The translations under genes were made by a program, and so were the position numbers. Below are positions 53,709 through 64,000 of a DNA stretch of 64,000 nt, one piece after another. The stretch is from assembly GCA_964016885.1 (NCBI GenBank), contig OZ024760.1:11656001-11720000 (forward strand). The letters run 5' to 3'. Source of the stretch: Eledone cirrhosa. Its lineage: Eukaryota. The number at the start of each line of letters is the position of its first letter. Within the stretch, counting starts at the first letter, position 1. The notes under the pieces are model-generated. The model did no database searches, had not been told where the DNA came from, and saw only the letters and a list, made by a program, of their open reading frames with translations.

Positions 53709-56700
53709 TGCGGTGCTGAGTCCGAGGAGACCACTAATTAAGGGAGTACCCAATGCAAGAGGAGATGCAGAGTGGGTATAGAGATATGTAGAATCTCTCT
53801 CTCTGTGTGCGCACACATATATATGTATATATGTACATACATATATATGTGTACATACATATACGTATGTGTGTGTGCACACACATATGTATGTATATAC
53901 ACGCATGTATATAGATACATATATACAGTGCTGGATTTAGGACAAATGGGGCCCTGTGCTAGTTAAGTTATGAGGCCCCTTGTAAAAAAATATTTTGGGA
54001 GAAAGATGGGCCTTCTTAAACGCACCAGCAATGGTAAATCCAGCAATGCATATATATATATATGATAATAAGGGCGCTGCGGAGTTGCAAATGGGTTACA
54101 TATGAAAAAAGTTTGTCCTTCATCAGTGATCTTCCAACCTTCATTGGTATTTCATCGCTTTGAAGACCATATACCTCCGGTTGGTGCAAGCAACGGCTAA
54201 AAAAAGTCGAAATTTAAAGCGATGAAATACCTATGATAGTTGGAAGATCACTGATGAAGGACAAACTTTTTTCATATATATATATATATATATTCGTACA
54301 CAGACATGTGAAGGTGTATAAATACAGGTGTAGTTTGGCTTAGCTCTGCAATTAGTTTGTGACATCATAATGTAATGTAGAGAGGTAATTACAGGTATGT
54401 CCTATATGTGACACACCTCATATCACAAACCGTATATATCACACCTCATGTCACAAACAGGTATGTCATATATATCACACCTCATGTCACAAACAGGTAT
54501 GCCATATATATCACAACTCATGTCACAAACAGGTATGCCATATATATCACACCTCATGTCACAAAAAGGTATGCCATATATATCACACCTCATGTCACAA
54601 ACAGGTATGCCATATATATCACACCTCATGTCACAAAAAGGTATGCCATATATATCACGTCTCATGTCACAAACAGGTGTGGCATATGTCACACTTCATG
54701 TCACAAACAGGTGTGTCATGTCATATTTCACAAACTGGTATGTCATATGTCACATCTCATGTCACAAACGGGTATGTCATATATATGTCACAAACAGGTG
54801 TGTCATATATATGTCACACCTCATGTTACATGAAGCTTTCTCGTTTGTTGTAGCCGATGACATCTCGTATGTTGCAGTCCAGCTCAGCAATGTCCACCTT
54901 GAGGGATGTTAATGAGAAAATTGATCTACAGCTCAGGTAAATAATTATATCTATCTAATCTGCATGCTGTTTAAGAGAAGAGAATGGGTGGGGTGTACAG
55001 TGCTGCCACCACCTTTTAAAGTTATTTTCTTGGCAATGAAAGAAGAGGCGGAGGGTGGGGGGTTACTATCTTGGTTTTGAAATAATAATGATTTTAGTAA
55101 ATTCCACAAAATTCTTCATTAATTTATTGAAATAAAATGTGTTTCATTGGAGATGCTGTCGTAAAAGATTTAAAATGACACATTCTGTTGTGTATCTTTT
55201 TTTTCTTCTTCCGTGCCTACTTATTCCTGTGAAGGTCATGGAGGCAGAGTCCTCAAACATTCCTTCCAGTAGGTTATGTCAGAGCAGCCATTTCCAGTTG
55301 GTCCAACTGGATCCCCAAGTGAGACAAGCTGAGCTCATGGATGTTATCCAACCATCTTGCTTGACGTCTATCTACCCTAGGGTCTCCTGTTGGTTGGGTT
55401 TGCCCGTAGAAATCTATCCCACAATTCTTTCCTCTGACATTCTTACCACATGTCCATAATATCAGAGCTGTGATTCCTCAAATATGTCCAGTGATTCTTT
55501 CCTCAGATATTCTACCCACATCATCATCATCATCATATGTCTGCTTTTCTCTGCTTGCAAGGGTGGGATATGTCTGTAATATTGGAGCTGTGATCTCTCA
55601 AGTCTGTCCAATGATTCCTTCCTGAGACATTCTTACTTCATGTCTGTAATATCGGAGCTGTGATCTCTCAAGTCTGTCCAATGATTCCTTCCTGAGACAT
55701 TCTTACTTCATGTCTGTAATATAAGAGCTGTGATCTCTCAAATCTGTCCAATGATTCCTTCCTGAGACATTCTTACTTCATGTCTGTAATATAAGAGCTG
55801 TGATCTCTCAAATCTGTCCAATGATTCCTTCCTGAGACATTCTTACTTCATGTCTAATATCGGAGCTGTGATCTCTCAAATCTGTCCAATGATTCCTTCC
55901 TGAGACATTCTTACTTCATGTCTAATATTGGAGCTGTGATCTCTCAAATCTGTCCAATGATTCCTTCCTGAGACATTCTTACTTCATGTCTGTAATATCG
56001 GAGCTGTGATCTCTCAAATCTGTCCAATGATTCCTTCCTGAGACATTCTTACTTCATGTCTGTAATATCGGAGCTGTGAGCTCTCAAATCTGTCCAATGA
56101 TTCCTTCCTGAGACATTCTTACTTCATGTCTGTAATATAAGAGCTGTGATCTCTCAAATCTGTCCAATGATTCCTTCCTGAGACATTCTTACTTCATGTC
56201 TGTAATATAAGAGCTGTGATCTCTCAAATCTGTCCAATGATTCCTTCCTGAGACATTCTTACTTCATGTCTGTAATATCGGAGCTGTGAAATTTATTGCA
56301 GAGAGAAAATTGCTGAACTGGAGAAAAATTTGGAAGAAACTCTTAAGAAGAATGATTACTTGGAGATGAAAGTGGAGGAGCGGCAATTACAGGTAAATAG
56401 ATGAAAGGAAGGTTTTGTTTGTTATTTAACACTTAATATCCTGTATCACATGAAACCACATTAGCAAAACATTTTGACTGCATCATATTAAAACCTCAAG
56501 CCTTTAGTATATTGTTACAAATCTTCACAATAATCTGTATATATGTGTATATTTATTAATATTAATATTATTGGGCACTCACTGAAGATTTATAAGAGCC
56601 CACTTGAATAAGAATCCATTGATCTTACACAAGCTTCTACATAACTTGGTATAATTTCACCCACCATGTAGAAATCTTATAATGAAATGATTCGTTTGGG

Positions 56701-58268
56701 AAATGAGATCTTTTCCACACAATACAATATAGTTAGTACCCCAAACGTTTAACTGGGAATATACTCCGGTATTTCCTAATGTTTGTTGAGTGAGTTGGAA
56801 ATTGGTCGGAGTGTCGCTAATAGCTTTCTCTGTTTATGTATTTATTTATGTATATATTCATATGAAGAAATTTGTTTTCAAATATAAAAACTGGAAAGGT
56901 GTAGGTGAACAAATTATATCAGCTCAAAATACGATAATTTATTATAATAAACTGTACACATGGCTACATACAATTAAAAAAAAAATTATATGAACTCCTA
57001 CTGTGTTAGATTGACACGTAGAGCGAGTTATCCATTAAAATATGTTACCAAACACTATTATTTATATCATAATTTAATTTACAATTGTTTCATCCTCATA
57101 ATCAACCATTATATAAATAAATACCAGGCGGTGAATTGGCAGTATCGGTAGAGGGTCGGACGCCATGCTTTGACGCATAGAGTTACGTCCCTTGCCATTC
57201 TGCGTTCAAATCCCGCCGAGGTTAACTTTGCCTTTCATCCTTACGGGGTCGATAAAATAAAGTACCAGTAATACACTGGGTAATTGCTGGCCTTGTGCCT
57301 AAAGTAGAAACAATTATATAAATAAATACCTCAACAAGTTCATCTTTTCGAGCACACAACAGTCTACAGATTATTTGCTGTGTATGTGCTTGTCTCTCTT
57401 TTCCTATCTCTTTCTTTCCCCTTTTTTACCTACCTCTCCTACATTTTGTCTGCTCTTGTATCTTCACCCCCCCCCCCCCCCTCCCCATATTATCTCTACT
57501 CACCCCACGCCCCTCTCTCTCTCTCGCTCCCCCACACAACTTTCTCTCCCTATTCCATCTCTCTCTCTCTCTCACTCTTTCTCACTCTCACCTCTCTCTC
57601 TCTATCTCACCCCCCCTCTCTCCTCTCCCTCTCTCCCTCCTCACTCTCCTCACTCTCCTCTCTCTCTCTCTCAATCTCCCCTCTCTCTCCCTCCTCACTC
57701 TCCTCTCTCTCCCCACTCACCATCTGGTTATTTGATATCAATGTCAGGGAGACTACAACCCTACCAAAACTAAGGTGATCCACATGAGCATCAACCCTTC
57801 GTCTGTTGACCAGCAGAAGAGAAGGGAGAAGATGTCCACCATGCAGGATGAGATTGATAGATTACAGGCGAGGGTGAAGGTTCTGGAACAGTCCACATCT
57901 GAGGCAGCTGATGTTACACTCCAGGTGGAGCAGAAACTACAGGAAGGATGTAACTGCAAGGAGGTTGTTGGTAAGTACAGACCACAGGCTGTGTCAGTAT
58001 ATATATCATCATCATCATCATCATCATCATCTTCGTTTAACGTCTATCTTCCATGCTAGCATGGGTTAGACAGGAGTTGTCCCACTTGAGGCAAGGCTGG
58101 TCGGGTGACCGTGTCTCGCTCATGTAGGACTATCTGGCAGACTTTCTACGGCTGGATGCCCTTCCTAACACCAACCACATTTACAGTGTGGAACTGGGAA
58201 CTTTTTACCGTGTTACCTACACGGCCACATTACAGCGTGGACTGTGTGTAGTTTTTTTTTTTTCCATA

Positions 58269-58301
<33 letters not shown>

Positions 58302-60741
58302 CATCATCATCATCATCATCATCATTTTATGTCCACTTTTCCCTGCTGGCAAAGGTGGGGCGGGTCCTCTTCAGCACAGCATCTCTCCATTCGTCACACT
58401 CCTTCGTCATCTCCTCTGTGAGCTTCAGTGATCTGAGGTCAGCTCTCACCACCTCCGCCCATGTTTTCCGTGGTCTTCCTTCCACCGGGATTTCTTGGCA
58501 TTGGCATCTCTTCACCCAGCGGTCATCTTCCATGTGCATAGCATGGCCTTACCAACTCAGTCTTCTCTCCCGCACACTACAGCTTAATCCTCTTACACAC
58601 AGTTTCAATCTCAACTCGTCTATGCTTGGTCGTTCACGCACACCGACATTACACATCCATCGGAGGATGCTTGCTTCATTTCTCTCCAGCCTTCGCATTA
58701 TTTACAGTATTAACAATTGTTTCATTGATCAGGTGAGTCTAAAGGCCACTGATCACTCGGAATTGTATCACTCGACCTTAAATACAATGCGTGTGTCTCT
58801 GATTTACAGGTATCTATAGATACCAATGCCAGGTGTTACACCCTCCAGTATTCTGATGATTTGATCACACTTTTATTTTCTCTTACTTCTATCTCTCTCT
58901 ACTTCTCTCTCACTTCCCCTCTCTCTCTCTCTCTACTTCTCTCTCACTTCTTCTATCTCTATCTCTCTCTCTCACTTCCTCTATCTCTCTACCTCTCTCT
59001 GTTTCTCACTTCCTCTATCTCTCTACCTCTCTCTCTCTCTCACTTCCTCTACCTCTCTCTCTCTCTCTACCTCTCTCTCACTCTCTCTACCTCTCTCTCA
59101 CTCTCTCTACCTCTCTCTCTCTCTCACTTCCTCTACCTCTCTCTCACTTCCTCTATACCTCTCTCTCTCTACCTCTCTTTCTCACTTCCTCTATCTCACT
59201 ACCCCTCTCTCTCTCTCTCTCTCTCTCTTTCTACCTCTCTCTCTCTCTCTCACTTCCTCTACCTCTCTCTCTCACTTCCTCTACCTCTCTCTCTCTCTCT
59301 CTCACTTCCTCTATCTCTCTACCTCTGTCTCTCTCACAGAACTCCGTTCTCAGCTGGAGAGTTCCGACCAGAAGAACAAACGTCTTCTTCAGACATTCAA
59401 GAAGACCAGCCAGGAGGTGAAGGAGACGACACACCGTCTGATGGGATACCACCTCAGTATTACTGGTACCAATATCTACAAATTGTCAAATATTTATTCC
59501 GAGTCCCCAGAGAACTATCTACTATTCCAGGTTGGTCAGCATCATCACTATCATCATCATTATTACCATCACTAACATCGTAATCATCACCATCACTATC
59601 ATCATCATCATCACCATTATCATCATCACTATCACAATCACTAACATCATCACCACCACCATCTTCACCATCGCCATCAACACTATCACCATCATCTAAT
59701 TCTGTCAAACATTCTGTAACTACCATCAAACAATAACTACCATCAGACAATATCTAACTACCATCAAACAATATCTAACTACCATCAAACAATATCTAAC
59801 TACCATCAAACAATATCTGTAACTATCATCAAACAATAACTACCATCAGACAATATCTAACTACCATCAGACAATATCTAACTACCATCAAACAATATCT
59901 AACTACCATCAGACAATATCTATCTACCATCAGACAATATCTAACTACCATCAAACAATCTCTAACTACCATTCAGACAATATCTAACTACCATCAGACA
60001 ATCTGTAACTCCCACCAAACAATCTGTAAATCCCATCAGACAATATCTAACTACCATCAAACAATAACTACCATCAGACAATATCTAACTACCATCAGAC
60101 AATATCTAACTACCATCAAACAATATCTGTAACTACCATCAAACAATAACTACCATCAGACAATATCTAACTACCATCAGACAATATCTAACTACCATCA
60201 GACAATATCTATCTACCATCAGACAATATCTAACTACCATCAAACAATATCTAACTACCATCAGACAATATCTAACTACCATCAGACAATATCTAACTAC
60301 CATCAGACAATATCTAACTACCATCAGACAATATCTAACTACCATCAAACAATCTCTAACTACCATCAAACAATATCTAACTACCATCAGACAATATCTA
60401 ACTACCATCAAACAATATCTAACTACCATCAGACAATATCTAACTACCATCAAACAATATCTAACTACCATCAGACAATATCTAACTACCATCAAACAAT
60501 ATCTAACTACCATCAGACAATATCTAACTACCATCAGACAATATCTAACTACCATCAAACAATATCTAACTACCATCAAACAATATCTAACTACCATCAG
60601 ACAATATCTAACTACCATCAAACAATATCTAACTACCATCAGACAATATCTAACTACCATCAGACAATATCTAACTCCCATCAGACAATTTCTAACTACC
60701 ATCAGACAATATCTATCTAGTGTTTTATAATAAGTTTACTG

Positions 60742-60773
<32 letters not shown>

Positions 60774-60954
60774 TACCATTTGTGTTGTCTTTCTACAGAG
60801 AGGACCATCAGGGGAGCTACAACTGCTGGAAACCAGCTTCTCCAAGACAACCAGTAACCTCATTGAACTTTACCTTGAGAAGCAGGATAGTATACCAGCT
60901 TACCTTAGTAGTATCACACTGGACCTGTTTAGTAGACATACAGACACCCTCTAG
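42338..60954 (+). CDS. MAD1L1: Mitotic spindle assembly checkpoint protein MAD1, 16 coding exons, ~733 aa
   Basis: Manual join, all phases consistent: 42338-42521, 44296-44453, 45198-45368, 45618-45742, 46479-46560, 47986-48116, 48228-48342, 49427-49491, 50825-50911, 51618-51762, 53368-53562, 54854-54936, 56302-56392, 57748-57970, 59340-59530, 60799-60954 (2202 nt). Long coiled coil, ERDGYQQIIASYD, Mad2-interaction motif LQGDYNPTKTKVIHMSINP, and RWD C-terminus QLLETSFS...QDSIPAYLSSITLDLFSRHT. Confidence 0.95.
44650..45192. repeat. 30-bp minisatellite running into the MAD1 exon 3 acceptor
   Basis: Unit atatttgaccactaactgaccatgtgtgrt; the last unit ends tttgaccattacag|exon at 45198. Confidence 0.9.
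48435..48925 (-). mobile_element. RTE LINE 3' fragment
   Basis: ERNEASMLRWMCSVNVRERPS...RWYGHVMRMEDDRWVKKC...GRGRPRKT with (GAT)n tail. Confidence 0.85.
48955..49150 (+). mobile_element. Family A hairpin-plus-tail element, copy 3 (MAD1 intron)
   Basis: Near-perfect hairpin centred on tagatccggatcta, same tail as copy 1 ending ccttcgtt(TA)n. Confidence 0.7.
49710..50060 (+). mobile_element. tRNA-derived SINE family 2 ending in the RTE LINE 3' tail
   Basis: Head as at 18709; ends gtcccacccttgcaagcagggaaaagtggacgtaaaatg(atg)n, like the RTE end at 24935-24985. Confidence 0.8.
50960..51356 (+). mobile_element. RTE LINE 3' fragment
   Basis: LERNEASMLHWMC...RWYGHVMHMEDDR with (GAT)n tail. Confidence 0.85.
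52475..52616. repeat. Imperfect TA-flanked palindrome (~64-bp arms)
   Basis: gaagcaaatacattt...ttaagtt / aacttaa...tgtatttggttc. Confidence 0.65.
53199..53236 (-). ncRNA. Degenerate hammerhead motif (core CTAAGGA)
   Basis: Minus strand: cgag CTAAGGA t-cc[gctaa]gg-t GAAA caattg TT ctcg, in the TA-flanked insert 53100-53242. G5>A substitution in the core. Confidence 0.45.
54063..54276 (-). mobile_element. (TA)n-embedded fold-back element with ~62-bp arms and a tail
   Basis: Arms 54100-54161 and 54216-54276, tail 54063-54099. Confidence 0.7.
54400..54830. repeat. 36-bp minisatellite upstream of the MAD1 exon at 54854
   Basis: Unit cacacctcatgtcacaaacaggtatgccatatatat. Confidence 0.85.
55570..56290. 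repeat. 70-bp minisatellite (~10 copies) ending at the MAD1 acceptor 56301
   Basis: Unit ggagctgtgatctctcaaatctgtccaatgattccttcctgagacattcttacttcatgtctgtaatatc. Confidence 0.9.
57128..57318 (+). mobile_element. Full-length tRNA-derived SINE, family 1
   Basis: A and B boxes and body as at 40428. Confidence 0.8.
58300..58698 (-). mobile_element. RTE LINE 3' fragment
   Basis: MEDDRWVK...GRPRKTWAEVVRADLRSLKLTEEMT with (GAT)n tail. Confidence 0.85.
59715..60715. repeat. 21-bp minisatellite in the last MAD1 intron
   Basis: Unit caatatctaactaccatcaRa, over ~1 kb. Confidence 0.9.
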
Positions 60955-60984
60955 ATATCACTGATGGTTAGATCAATTCTACTT

Positions 60985-62436
60985 CTACCATCCCATACCA
61001 TCCCTACCCACTGGCCTGGCCCAGTAGTATCACCACACCATCCCATACCATCCCTACCCACTGGCCTGGCCCAGTAGTAACACCACACCATCCCATACCA
61101 TCCCTACCCACTGGCCTGGCCCAGTAGTAACACCACACCATCCCATACCATCCCTACCCACTGGCCTGGCCCAGTAGTAACACCACACCATCCCATACCA
61201 TCCCTACCCACTGGCCTGGCCCAGTAGTAACACCACACCATCCCATACCATCCCTACCCACTGGCCTGGCCCAGTAGTAACACCACAGCATCCCATACCA
61301 TCCCTAACCACTGGCCTGGCCCAGTAGTAACACCACACCATCCCATACCATCCCTACCCACTGGCCTGGCCCAGTAGTAACACCAGACCATCCCATACCA
61401 TCCCTACCCACTGGCCTGGCCCAGTAGTAACACCAGACCATCCCATACCATCCCTACCCACTGGCCTGGCCCAGTAGTAACACCACACCATCCCATACCA
61501 TCCCTACCCACTGGCCTGGCCCAGTAGTAACACCACACCATCCCATACCATCCCTACCCACTGGCCTGGCCCAGTAGTAACACCAGACCATCCCATACCA
61601 TCCCTACCCACTGGCCTGGCCCAGTAGTAACACCACACCATCCCATACCATCCCTACCCACTGGCCTGGCCCAGTAGTAACACCAGACCATCCCATACCA
61701 TCCCTACCCACTGGCCTGGCCCAGTAGTAACACCACACCATCCCATACCATCCCTACCCACTGGCCTGGCCCAGTAGTAACACCACACCATCCCTACCCA
61801 CTGGCCTGGCCCAGTAGTAACACCAGACCATCCCATACCATCCCTACCCACTGGCCTGGCCCAGTAGTAACACCACACCATCCCATACCATCCCTACCCA
61901 CTGGCCTGGCCCAGTAGTAACACCACACCATCCCATACCATCCCTACCCACTGGCCTGGCCCAGTAGTAACACCACACCATCCCATACCATCCCTACCCA
62001 CTGGCCTGGCCCAGTAGTAACACCAGACCATCCCATACCATCCCTACCCACTGGCCTGGCCCAGTAGTAACACCACACCATCCCATACCATCCCTACCCA
62101 CTGGCCTGGCCCAGTAGTAACACCAGACCATCCCATACCATCCCTACCCACTGGCCTGGCCCAGTAGTAACACCACACCATCCCATACCATCCCTACCCA
62201 CTGGCCTGGCCCAGTAGTAACACCAGACCATCCCATACCATCCCTACCCACTGGCCTGGCCCAGTAGTAACACCAGACCATCCCATACCATCCCTACCCA
62301 CTGGCCTGGCCCAGTAGTAACACCACACCATCCCATACCATCCCTACCCACTGGCCTGGCCCAGTAGTAACACCACACCATCCCATACCATCCCTACCCA
62401 CTGGCCTGGCCCAGTAGTAACACCACACCATCCCAT
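60985..62436. repeat. 50-bp minisatellite (~29 copies) starting ~30 nt after the MAD1 stop codon
   Basis: Unit caccacaccatcccataccatccctacccactggcctggcccagtagtaa, highly homogeneous. Confidence 0.92.
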
Positions 62437-62904
62437 CACATTATATATATATATATACATACACACATATACATGTGTGTGCGTTTGTGTATACATATAC
62501 ATACACACATGCTGGAAATAATATCCAGTAAGAGTCTTGAAATAGAGACATTGTAAAAGTTCAGCTTATATTGAATAAAGTTTTCTAATATATTAAATAC
62601 TCTCATGTTTTCTCTTACCTTTTCATTTATGTCAACACGTGTGTATTTTTACGCACTCATACATGGATTATTTTTACACACTCATAAATGTGTATTTTTA
62701 CACACTCATACATGTGTATTTTTACACTCATACATGTGTATTTTTACACACTCACGCATGTGTATTTTTACACTCATACATGTGTATTTTTACATTCTCA
62801 TACATGTGTATTTCTACATTCTCATACACGTATGACTTTTACACACTCAACTCTTCATTTAACCTTTAGCTTGCTGATTTTTTTTATGAATTGCTTTCCT
62901 TGAC

Positions 62905-63230
62905 ACTATCATCATCATCATCAGTCCCTTGATTTCTGTAGTCGTCGGAGGGGTGGGGGGTCTTACTGTAGAAGCAGCACACACTCCAAATAGTCTATCA
63001 ACAGTGGCCATCAACAAATTTGGTGTAGTCATGTATGTCCATTCTTTGAAGATTGTCCAACCAGTTTTAGCATTGGCGTCCTCTTCTTTGTCCACCTTCA
63101 ACGGTGCCTTGCATGGAGGTCTTGTACAGGCTGTCATGTCGTGTGACGTGGCCAAACCACCCCTGTTTCCTCCGCTTGACTGTGGCAAGGAAAGGCAACT
63201 GTTTCACCAACATGGTTGTAAATTATCTTT
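62905..63230 (-). mobile_element. Degenerate RTE (BovB-like) LINE 3' end
   Basis: Minus frame LATVKRRKQGWFGHVTRHDSLYKTSMQGTVEGGQRRGRQC*NWLDNL..KEWT followed by a (GAT)n tail. Confidence 0.75.
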
Positions 63231-63248
63231 AGAGTAGTTGGCTCATAT

Positions 63249-63740
63249 GGGCAGTGTTATATCATAGAACCAGGGGTACTATTAGGTATGTTTGTATTGT
63301 TAAATGACTATAGTATAGTGTAGTGTAGTGGGCAGTGTTATATCATAGAACCAGGGGTACTATTAGGTATGTTTGTATTGTTAAATAACTATAGTATAGT
63401 GTAGTGTAGTGGGCAGTGTTATATCATAGAACCAGGGGTACTATTAGGTATGTTTGTATTGTTAAATGACTATAGTATAGTGTAGTGTAGTGGGCAGTGT
63501 TATATCATAGAACCAGGGGTACTATTAGGTATGTTTGTATTGTTAAATGACTATAGTATAGTGTAGTGTAGTGGGCAGTGTTATATCATAGAACCAGGGG
63601 TACTATTAGGTATGTTTGTATTGTTAAATAACTATAGTATAGTGTAGTGGACAGTGTTATATCGTAGAACCAGGGGTACTATTACACAGGTTTGTATTGT
63701 TAAATGACTATAGTATTGTATTATATCATAGAACAAGAAG
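63249..63740. repeat. 81-bp tandem repeat, ~5-6 copies
   Basis: gggcagtgttatatcatagaaccaggggtactattagg...gtgtagt repeated. Confidence 0.85.
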
Positions 63741-64000
63741 TACTATTACTTAGTAATTTTGATATTCCATAAGAGTATCTTGGTCATAGACTATGAACTT
63801 TTCAGCCGACCCTCGTAACATGCAGAGATAGGGGCTACCCATATTAGGTGGGGTGGGGGAGGGAGAGGTCATTCAACTAACGAATACTGCAGGGAGATTC
63901 TCAGTTCAACATGGTTACTGAGCCCACTTAGATTTCTCAAGCACCCATCTAAAATCTGCCCCCAGTTTTATGCCTTGATTAAAAAAGCTGAGAAATTTAC

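Noticed and set aside
54216-54276. CTGATGA in the 54100 palindrome as a hammerhead
   Set aside because: No downstream GAAA/stem II and no convincing type II/III fold.
2054-60954. ESCO and MAD1 proximity as a chromosome-segregation gene cluster
   Set aside because: Two genes separated by an unrelated fucosyltransferase; without synteny data this is compatible with chance.
60985-62436. Regular repeat arrays (also 55570-56290 and 63249-63740) as possible CRISPR arrays
   Set aside because: Head-to-tail units with no unique spacers, no cas genes, and a eukaryotic context.
62859-63237. 109-aa and 102-aa ORFs as a fourth gene
   Set aside because: Another frame shows a degenerate RTE C-terminus (WFGHVTRH...GTVEG...RGR) with a (GAT)n tail.

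Overview
Eukaryotic, AT-rich, repeat-dense genomic DNA. The SINE/RTE/microsatellite landscape suggests an octopus or other cephalopod; this is inference, not proven. Three spliced protein-coding genes were reconstructed by hand with consistent GT-AG phases: an ESCO/Eco1 cohesin acetyltransferase (+, 10 coding exons, 2054-17177, ~633 aa), a GT11 alpha-1,2-fucosyltransferase (-, 2 coding exons, 35902-25647, ~344 aa) and the spindle-checkpoint protein MAD1 (+, 16 coding exons, 42338-60954, ~733 aa). Introns and intergenic space hold RTE and CR1 LINE fragments, two SINE families, a fold-back mariner relic, many minisatellites and Penelope-like element (PLE) fragments. The most striking non-coding signal is a dense population of short inserts sitting inside (TA)n tracts. 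Many are long fold-back palindromes with a one-sided tail, and seven loci carry recognisable minimal type I hammerhead ribozyme folds (CUGANGA...GAAA...UH; one ends in GUG), often with self-complementary stem III. These look like severely truncated, TA-targeted PLE pseudo-LTR/retrozyme-like elements. PLE hammerheads are known in general; their density, TA targeting and apparent fold-back at ribozyme stem II here deserve testing.
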